A stretch of 63,222 bases of DNA, filler included, from Stramenopiles sp. TOSAG23-2 (taxonomy: Eukaryota): NCBI GenBank assembly GCA_900128395.1. It is 2 parts of 2 records of this genome, joined end to end, with 100 filler letters (N's around TTAATTAATTAA, not from the genome) between each part and the next. Parts side by side here need not be neighbours in the genome. Positions count along the whole stretch, not along the records: positions 31,742 to 63,222 come from LT649370.1; 1 more part is not named here. One strand, written 5' to 3'. A program made the position numbers and the translations under genes. The notes under the pieces are model-generated. The model did not search any database, had not been told where the DNA came from, and saw nothing but the letters and a program-made list of their open reading frames with translations. Below are positions 56,133 to 63,222 of the stretch, one piece after another (positions within the stretch are counted from its first letter, which is position 1; each line of letters begins with the position of its first letter).

Positions 56133-56699
56133 ATGCGATGTGGTAGCTGGACGGAAGAAGAAGAAAAGTATGCTGGAGATCTCATTAAATGCTTTAACGA
56201 TGGCATTTTAGACAATGTTGCAGATGTGTATAATACAGTGCAAAGTTTACTTGCAGACAAGTTACTGTGCAAGCTACAACGAATAAAGGATAAATTTGCT
56301 GGTAAATACTGGAAGCTATATGTTGCCAGTAATAAGTCCAAATTCTCAGAGATTGTATTGGCTTGCCGCAGAGAAATTCTAGAAAAATCACGTGTAGATT
56401 TTTTTGAGTCAGTTAAGGCAGAGAGGAAGGCCAAGAAGGCAGCAGCGGCAGAGAGGAAGGCCAAGAAGGCAGCAGCGGCAGAGAGGCAGTCCAAGATGGC
56501 AGCAGCGGCAGAGAGGAAGGCCAAGAAGGCAGCAGCGGCAGAGAAGGCAGCAGCAGCAGAGAGGAAGGCCAAGATGGCAGCAGCGGCCTATTGTTGCCTT
56601 GTAGATGAACTGCAGCGGCGGCCTTCGATGACTTGCGACCTCCTTGTGCAGCAGTTGCTATGCTATCATCATCAACAACAATTATTCTTCAACATATAA
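56133..56699 (+). CDS. Stramenopile-type Myb-like domain protein with KAAAAERKAK repeats (possibly degenerate)
   Basis: RCGSWTEEEEKYAGDLIKCFNDGIL...LADKLLCKLQRIKDKFAG resembles the RxGKWTxEEExY...LxCxxxRIxKKF family recalled from stramenopile/algal proteomes. Confidence 0.55.
   Translation: MRCGSWTEEEEKYAGDLIKCFNDGILDNVADVYNTVQSLLADKLLCKLQRIKDKFAGKYWKLYVASNKSKFSEIVLACRREILEKSRVDFFESVKAERKAKKAAAAERKAKKAAAAERQSKMAAAAERKAKKAAAAEKAAAAERKAKMAAAAYCCLVDELQRRPSMTCDLLVQQLLCYHHQQQLFFNI
56415..56588 (+). repeat. GC-rich 30-bp coding tandem repeat
   Basis: AAGGCAGCAGCGGCAGAGAGGAAGGCCAAG unit, about 5-6 copies with variants. Confidence 0.9.
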
Positions 56700-56801
56700 T
56701 AATAATTTCAATAATAATAATTAAGATATAATGATAATATAATAAACAAACAACAAAAGTAATATAGTAGTAGTAGTTATTAGCATAGTCTGCAGAGTGT
56801 A

Positions 56802-59699
56802 TCATGGAGGAATAACTATTGGATTGTTAACTGTTTTGTACGACTTGAATGTTCTCCCTTCACCCTTGTTATAGTTACGGGCTGTGAAAGTTTTTCCAGG
56901 TATCACCTCGCCATCCAAGTTTAAAACGCCCTTAATCTTACGGTCTTTGCTAAACCATTCTAGTTCTGCTCCACCTACATGCGTATTATCTATGTATAGG
57001 ATATCGCCCTCTTTGATGCTAATTACATCAAATCCTCCCTTATAATCTAGTGGTACTTTAGCATCCCCTGTCTTACCTTTGGGGGGTGCTTGTAAAGGCA
57101 TTTTGTCTTTATGAGTTTCCAAGTCTATATCCCCGATAAGCTTCTTCAATTCATCTAAATTATTCTTATCAACTTGAAAACCATGCCAAATACCTTTACC
57201 TGATACGTCTACCTTCACGATTTGTGCTTTTCCACTTGATCGTGATCGTAATGCATCTGCAACTTTCCCATCGAAAAAGCCCGAGTCGCGGAACACGCTA
57301 GGTTTAAAATTTGAGCGAGTTACTGTTATTTTTGGTTTTGGTTTTTTTCTTTTTTTACCAGTACTACCAGTAATACCTTTGTCTAGTAAAACTGTTTGTT
57401 CTTTTGGCGTTATGCCAGCTTCACTCATAATTTTTGACTTTGCCTCAATTTGAACTTTTGTAAATTTACCAAACTCATCTGGTGTTCCAGTTATATGTGC
57501 TTCGTAAACTGCTACTTTTTTTTCACTTGTTAATGGGCCAATTTCATTCTCTGCGCGTTTAATTGTCGTTTCAAAATCTGGCTTAGCTTCGTATTTTCCT
57601 AATTTTTTCTTAAATTTCTTTTCTTTCCAGGTCTTGAAATTATCCTTACTACCACTATTCTTAAATTCTACTTCTAACTCTTGACGACGAATCTTTCTAT
57701 GTTTCCTAAAATTCTTCATTCTTTTTCCAAACGGGTTCCGGTTTTTTAAGTAGTTTTTTAACCTTCCAGAGAGAGAGAATCGATGCTTTGGCCTTAACAA
57801 TCCATCTTTTTTTGCCCTTGCATTTTCTAAATTTTGATATTTTTTCAACCAATCAGATTTGGTAAGAGTAGGTTTACCATTTAATCTCTTGGTATTAATA
57901 TATTTATTCCAAGCTCGTTTCTCGGCTGTGCTAAATGGGCGAACAATACTTGTTCCCATATTCTTTAAACCATCCGCGACACCAGACGTAATTCCTTTCG
58001 TTTTCATAGAACTATACAAATTTTTAATTGACGTTGATACACCCTTCTTAGCATTCTTTGCAGCACTTGCTAGTGTCTCCATATCCCCAATAAAACTGCC
58101 AGAACGTATAACTTTATACTTTTTAAATAAACTTTTTGCACCTGGAGTCTTCGTAATTTCTGCAAAATCACCTAAACCACCTAAAAGAATCACTTCGACA
58201 ATTGCACCTATCACTCCAGCACTTTTTTCAATTAATTGCTTCTTACATGCACGCTTACATGTACCAGCCCACATTTTCTTTATTTGCATGTAACTTTCAC
58301 AGACACTATTTGTCATATAAGCAAACGATTCATATAATCCCCACAGACCGCCAAGCAGTTTAATTAATATTGGAATTACTACAAATCCAGCAGCCACAAA
58401 GGCTATATTTAATAGAACCATCCCCCCAATCATAAGTAGCACCATTCCAACCATTTTGGTCGCTGGGCAAGCCATAGCAAATTCCCAACCTGCTTTTAAC
58501 GTTGAAATTAACGCGTTTAATAAACCTCTCACTGCATGTATTAAATGCTTCCGGCCTTTGGATGTCCATATTTTTCTATGAATTCTTTTTATTACATTCT
58601 GCCAAACGTGCGTCATATTGCGCACGACATATTTAATTTTTTCACTAATATCAGAACGATCTTGACATTTATCATCTTGCCACTGTTCATGCAAATCTGT
58701 TGCCATTCCTCCTAAAAAGCCATCAACTAAGCCAAAAAAAAAAGCTTTATCAACATCTTGGCTTGTCAATGCTTCTTCAATGCTTCTCTCATTCTCCATT
58801 ACTTTACTAGTATCAACAACTTCATCAGAAAAAAAACATTGCTTCAATTTAGCAATTGTACCTTTAGAAACACATTCGCACTCATTTATCCTGGTGGTAT
58901 CACACATACATTCACCACGGCATGGATTCTCTGGATCTGGTTGACAATGAGCATTTTTGCCGCATGTTCTCAAAATCGTTGTACGTTTACATTCACCTAA
59001 CGGTTTTGTCGTGGATGACGGACAACATAAAATATCAGATCCACCATCACATTTACCTTTGACAATCGGTTTGGAACACTTATCTAGATTGGTATCTATA
59101 CAAGTACCTTCATGGTTATCACATGGTACCCCCTCAGCTTTATTGTACGCGAACGATTTTATATAGTTTACGCCGCCTTTTATAGCACCCCATACAGCTC
59201 TGTTCGTTGATTTTCCTGACGTTGCTTTCTCCAACAATATCGATATATCATCCCGATGTTTTTTTAAGTCAGATGGTGATAAAATTGTATTTTCAGGTAT
59301 CTCCTTTAAATTTTGCAAATCATCCATGATAGGACTATGTTCAAATGAAAATCCTTCTTTTAAACTTTTATGTATTTCCTTTATTTCATACGTTGCATAT
59401 GCTTCAACTGACATACCCTGCATATCTTTAACTTCTAGAAAACTTAAACTATTCTCGTCAATGTTGTCTACGTTTTTTTCTAACGTTTTGACAATATTTT
59501 CCAAACTATCAGTAGACATTAAATTGTGAAACATATCATCATGCATATGTAAATGGTTTTGCATCATAACACCATGCTTAATTTGATTTGTAATGGCAAT
59601 ACATTCATGACTGATTAATAATATCAAAAAGCATAAACCTATTGTTTGTAAACGATTTTTGGTGGACTTTTTCATCTTTTTCTTTCTGGACGTATTCAC
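56802..59699 (-). CDS. Secreted polymorphic-toxin-like protein with a putative C-terminal colicin E3/CdiA-type (BECR) RNase domain
   Basis: Signal peptide, Cys-rich modules, long hydrophobic hairpin, basic linker and C-terminal KEGDILYIDNTHVGGAELEWFSKDRKIKGVLNLDG motif. Confidence 0.75.
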   Translation of the reverse strand: MNTSRKKKMKKSTKNRLQTIGLCFLILLISHECIAITNQIKHGVMMQNHLHMHDDMFHNLMSTDSLENIVKTLEKNVDNIDENSLSFLEVKDMQGMSVEAYATYEIKEIHKSLKEGFSFEHSPIMDDLQNLKEIPENTILSPSDLKKHRDDISILLEKATSGKSTNRAVWGAIKGGVNYIKSFAYNKAEGVPCDNHEGTCIDTNLDKCSKPIVKGKCDGGSDILCCPSSTTKPLGECKRTTILRTCGKNAHCQPDPENPCRGECMCDTTRINECECVSKGTIAKLKQCFFSDEVVDTSKVMENERSIEEALTSQDVDKAFFFGLVDGFLGGMATDLHEQWQDDKCQDRSDISEKIKYVVRNMTHVWQNVIKRIHRKIWTSKGRKHLIHAVRGLLNALISTLKAGWEFAMACPATKMVGMVLLMIGGMVLLNIAFVAAGFVVIPILIKLLGGLWGLYESFAYMTNSVCESYMQIKKMWAGTCKRACKKQLIEKSAGVIGAIVEVILLGGLGDFAEITKTPGAKSLFKKYKVIRSGSFIGDMETLASAAKNAKKGVSTSIKNLYSSMKTKGITSGVADGLKNMGTSIVRPFSTAEKRAWNKYINTKRLNGKPTLTKSDWLKKYQNLENARAKKDGLLRPKHRFSLSGRLKNYLKNRNPFGKRMKNFRKHRKIRRQELEVEFKNSGSKDNFKTWKEKKFKKKLGKYEAKPDFETTIKRAENEIGPLTSEKKVAVYEAHITGTPDEFGKFTKVQIEAKSKIMSEAGITPKEQTVLLDKGITGSTGKKRKKPKPKITVTRSNFKPSVFRDSGFFDGKVADALRSRSSGKAQIVKVDVSGKGIWHGFQVDKNNLDELKKLIGDIDLETHKDKMPLQAPPKGKTGDAKVPLDYKGGFDVISIKEGDILYIDNTHVGGAELEWFSKDRKIKGVLNLDGEVIPGKTFTARNYNKGEGRTFKSYKTVNNPIVIPP

Positions 59700-60444
59700 G
59701 AATAACTATACAAATAATAACAAGCGCTGTAATTTCAAAAGAAACTATGAAATGCACAAATACAGCAACGAGAATATATTTGTTTTATTTATCGTATGGA
59801 ACTAACTTCGTCTTTCCACGAGTACACGAGGATATCTCTGAATTGTCTGCGATTGCGTTGGCTTGACCGGTTGATGAAAAAGGATGGACGTGAACTTTAC
59901 CTTGTTGTTTATTATCTATTATCCCCCCCCTGTGTAGGGGTGGTAGTAAATACTATAATTAGTGTTGTATTTTTTTTGTCCTTTTACTTTGTTCTCATAA
60001 TTAATACAATATATTGTAAAAATGATCGTCGCTGCTACTAATAATTTTCTTCCTCCCCCCCTCCCTTCTTTTTTTATCATCATCCTCTTCGTTATTATTA
60101 TTCCTCATCACCTTCGGCCTCCAGCAGAGTAGAGCTGCTCCGTTTTATGTCCGGTGGTCGGGGTGTGGGGGTAGGGGGTCTGCAAAAGTTTCAAATGCTA
60201 TGATCGGGCATCGCAAAATTATTAATATAGTTTTTTTATATTTCCGATTTTTATGTTTGATATTAATTTTTTGAAATCTTTTTTTCCACTGTCAATTGAA
60301 TCACGTGTTGCATCTAGCGCTGCCACATCAATGTTTGTGGTTTGGCCGACTACACGATGATTTTCAACTGCTGTAACAACTGTACATGCTACCAAACGCA
60401 TTGGGGATGTTCCCACATCTCTTGTCATTGTTCTTGATCTGCTG

Positions 60445-60735
60445 TCAAGCATTTAACGATGGTTGATATAAAACCAAAATTTTTGCTAGTTCATACCAAG
60501 CAGGACATTCACATTCGATGTCTTTGTAGTATTGAACATAATTTTCGATTTTTAAACTAATCCTATTCGATGTTACTTCTTCCTCAGTTTCTGGATCATC
60601 TCGACAATGTTTTTTGCCAAGATATTTCACTGAAAATGTGATACCTACTGACATGATTCTACCAACACGTTTCATCGGATAACCTAAACAATACATGTTA
60701 CGTAATGATTTTTGCAGAATAAACCGCGTATTCAA
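60445..60735 (-). pseudogene. Probable hAT transposase relic (C-terminal dimerisation domain fragment)
   Basis: CPAWYELAKILVLYQPS resembles the hAT dimerisation motif PxWxxxAxxxLxxQPSSAxxERxFS but breaks off before ERxFS; it sits among short broken ORFs. Confidence 0.45.
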
Positions 60736-61781
60736 GTTGCGCCTTAATCACATAGAGTGGGAAAGTGACAGCATGTATACAACAGACGTGAAACGCAAAA
60801 GAAACAAGAAAAGAAAATGCACACGCACCGCCAAAAGTACCTAAATTCTAAAAGTAAGTTTCAACATTGGTTGTTGCAAATAATAATAGTAGATACAATT
60901 GATAAAACAACCTGTTATAGAACCTGCTGTTGGAAAAAGAATTACAAGATTAGATGATGGTGTAGGGTCTTTGACACAAGGTCAATGGATTCCAGGAACT
61001 ATTAGTGAAGTAAAAAGAGGGAAAAAAGGATATAAATTTGTGTTTGACGATGTATGGGTTGATACTTGGCTCATTTTCCTTCCAAATTTCTTTGGCAAGT
61101 GTCAGCTCCACATTAACAACATGATCATAACGTTTCAATAGAGCTTCTGCTGTACCAGTTTCAAAATGTAAGTATGGATGAATACATACGCCATTGTTTC
61201 ATCTCGACACACACAGAATTAAAAAAAATTGGTTTATGCATATACATACTGAAAAGAACTGGAATTCGACCAGACTCTTGCAATGTCAGGCCGTACCATC
61301 CAGATATGGACGAAATTTACGTGATGTATCAACCATACGAGCTGCTCTTGAATGTGTAACTTTCTCAACAACTTTTACCTTGTTTATTACATTTTGTCTG
61401 CTATCATTGTTGATTTTAAACATGGCGCTTGACATTGATTTAATAAAATCAAGGTGCCTCTCATGTCTCATAGCCAGATAGCTGAGCTAGCATTCATCAT
61501 ATTTCATGTCCTACATAGGGTTTGGACGTTTCTATAATTTCTAATGCTAGATCTATAATACTACAGCTTAATAGTGTCGTGTGTTCAAAAGACTAGACGA
61601 CTAATATACTGTGTACTATACCAGCGCACCACCAATAGTACAACAAAATACACATTAACATAATAATGAGAAAACATTTAACCACATTTTATCTACACAA
61701 CAAAACAAACACAAAACAAATAGCCATTTCATTAGTAGATCATCAAAAACAAAACATCAAAAAGAAAAAAAGAATAGAACC

Positions 61782-62624
61782 ATGAAGAAAGGAAATACAA
61801 ATGTAAATCATACCAGTAACAATAACAATAATATTACTATTCGATATTCATATCAAGGACATCATGTATCCAAAGGTACGTTTTTGTTGATGCCTTTTAT
61901 TGATAGTTATAAACAAACAAGAAATATACCTGGTACTGCCATTTATAAAATTTTAAGAAGCAATACTTTTATTAATCCAAACTATCACCTTGTTTTTTTT
62001 TACAATTATCATTTGCATGGGTGGGATCAATTAAATGATAACTCCAGCATTGTTTTGAAAGAAAATGAAAGTAGAGTAGATATATTAATTGAAAATAAAT
62101 ATCAAATGTTTTTCCCACCAAACTCCGACATTTATCAAAAATTCAACCAAATTCAAAGTACCGGTAATCCAGAATTTTCCATCGGTATTTTTCAAGGAAA
62201 AACAGCATTTAATGTTGTGAAGTTGAGAAAAATTGCAACGCAGTTTGGTGCAAAATCTATTTTTGTCATTCATCCACGTTATAGCGATAAAAAACCCTTT
62301 GACGAAGCTGAAAAAGAGTTGTCAAGAAAACAGCAACAATTGTGCCCTTTTATCGAATATATTGATTTTAATGATTTTGCAGCTAAAATGGATGAAGGTT
62401 GGGTTTTAGTAGGTATTGAAATGGGTGGAACACCATTAACTGATTTTCAGCATCCACGTAAAGCAATTTATATATTAGGTGCAGAAGATAATGGTGTAAG
62501 TGCATTGGCACAAAAGGCGTGTAAATATATTATTGAAATACCATCTGTTCGTTCTGAAAGTTTTAATGTAACATGTGCTGGTGCAATTGTTATGTATGAT
62601 AGAAGTCTAAAATATTTGACGTGA
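61782..62624 (+). CDS. SpoU/TrmH-family (SPOUT) RNA methyltransferase
   Basis: LVGIEMGG, FQHPRKAIYILGAEDNGV and IEIPSVRSESFNVTCAGAIVMYDR knot motifs. Confidence 0.92.
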   Translation: MKKGNTNVNHTSNNNNNITIRYSYQGHHVSKGTFLLMPFIDSYKQTRNIPGTAIYKILRSNTFINPNYHLVFFYNYHLHGWDQLNDNSSIVLKENESRVDILIENKYQMFFPPNSDIYQKFNQIQSTGNPEFSIGIFQGKTAFNVVKLRKIATQFGAKSIFVIHPRYSDKKPFDEAEKELSRKQQQLCPFIEYIDFNDFAAKMDEGWVLVGIEMGGTPLTDFQHPRKAIYILGAEDNGVSALAQKACKYIIEIPSVRSESFNVTCAGAIVMYDRSLKYLT

Positions 62625-62872
62625 AAAAGAAAAATATTTTTTAAAATATTGGCTCAGCAGTCAACTGTATTCTTTTGAGAAGTACGAACGTAGGAATTGT
62701 CATGTGTAGGAATACAAATTAAAATTACGCGTTACTTTTATACGAAAAGTATATACGAGACGTAACAATATATATAATATTTTTTTTAGTATGGTTCGTA
62801 TTTTTTTAAATAATATTTTTTAAAATATTTTAATTTATTATGCACATAACTTATTTTTTAATTTACTCATGA

Positions 62873-63220
62873 TCAAAAAGCTCCAAAACCACTGCTGCTA
62901 TTGCCAAATCCACTCGTGTTTGTACCAAATCCACCTCCAGTGTTGCTACTGCCAAATCCACCACCAGTATTGCTACTGCCAAATCCACCACCTCCTCCTT
63001 GATTTCCAAATCCATTATTAGTGGTATTAGTATTCGTTTGACCAAAGCCTCCACCATTACCACCACCGAATGCATTCGTCGTATTACTAGTGCCAAATGC
63101 ATTAGTCGTGCTACTGCCAAATCCACCACCATTATTACTACTGCCAAATCCATTATTAGGGGCAGTGTTTGTTTGACCAAATCCACCACCTCCTCCTTGA
63201 TTTCCAAATCCATTATTAGT
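62873..63220 (-). CDS. C-terminal FG-repeat (GFG, Gly/Asn/Ser-rich) tail of a gene starting beyond the window; nucleoporin-like
   Basis: Frame from 63220 reads TNNGFGNQGGGGGFGQTN...SSSGFGAF* with the stop at 62873-62875; the ORF-track call 62863-63213 is in a different frame. Confidence 0.8.
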   Translation of the reverse strand, partial: TNNGFGNQGGGGGFGQTNTAPNNGFGSSNNGGGFGSSTTNAFGTSNTTNAFGGGNGGGFGQTNTNTTNNGFGNQGGGGGFGSSNTGGGFGSSNTGGGFGTNTSGFGNSSSGFGAF

Positions 63221-63222
63221 GG

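Noticed and set aside
56106..56699. Immunity gene for the adjacent toxin-like protein
   Set aside because: Opposite strand, with a Myb-like nuclear motif and Ala/Lys repeats; it does not resemble small immunity proteins.
62863..63213. ORF-track 116-aa VVDLAV-repeat protein
   Set aside because: Shadow frame of the GFG-repeat coding frame ending at 62873.

Overview
AT-rich, gene-dense, nearly intron-free eukaryotic DNA. It most likely comes from a heterotrophic flagellated stramenopile, inferred from STPG/SHIPPO flagellar repeats, EF-hand/IQ ciliary-type proteins, a stramenopile-type Myb-like motif and one clear GT-AG intron. An artificial N-TTAATTAATTAA-N linker at 31642-31741 joins two contigs, so the halves need not be neighbours. 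Recognisable genes include a giant LRR protein, a glutaredoxin-membrane fusion, NRAMP, an STPG-repeat protein, an LRR-ankyrin-IQ-EF protein, erlin, an actin-related protein, an ABCD transporter, an EF-hand protein, PurB, a multicopper oxidase, an RluA pseudouridine synthase, a cystathionine lyase/synthase, a DUF2431 methyltransferase, a SpoU methyltransferase and an FG-repeat tail. Top candidates for new biology: (1) a secreted 965-aa protein built like a bacterial polymorphic toxin with a colicin-E3/CdiA-type RNase tip (56802-59699); (2) a secreted YkuD-like, bacterial-type cell-wall enzyme candidate (47940-49397); (3) a possible new selenoprotein with an in-frame UGA at 13142-13144; (4) a dispersed ~200-bp repeat family found only between convergent genes; (5) tiny palindromic transposon-like footprints in divergent promoters. 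All family assignments are motif recognition by eye and from memory; no searches were run.
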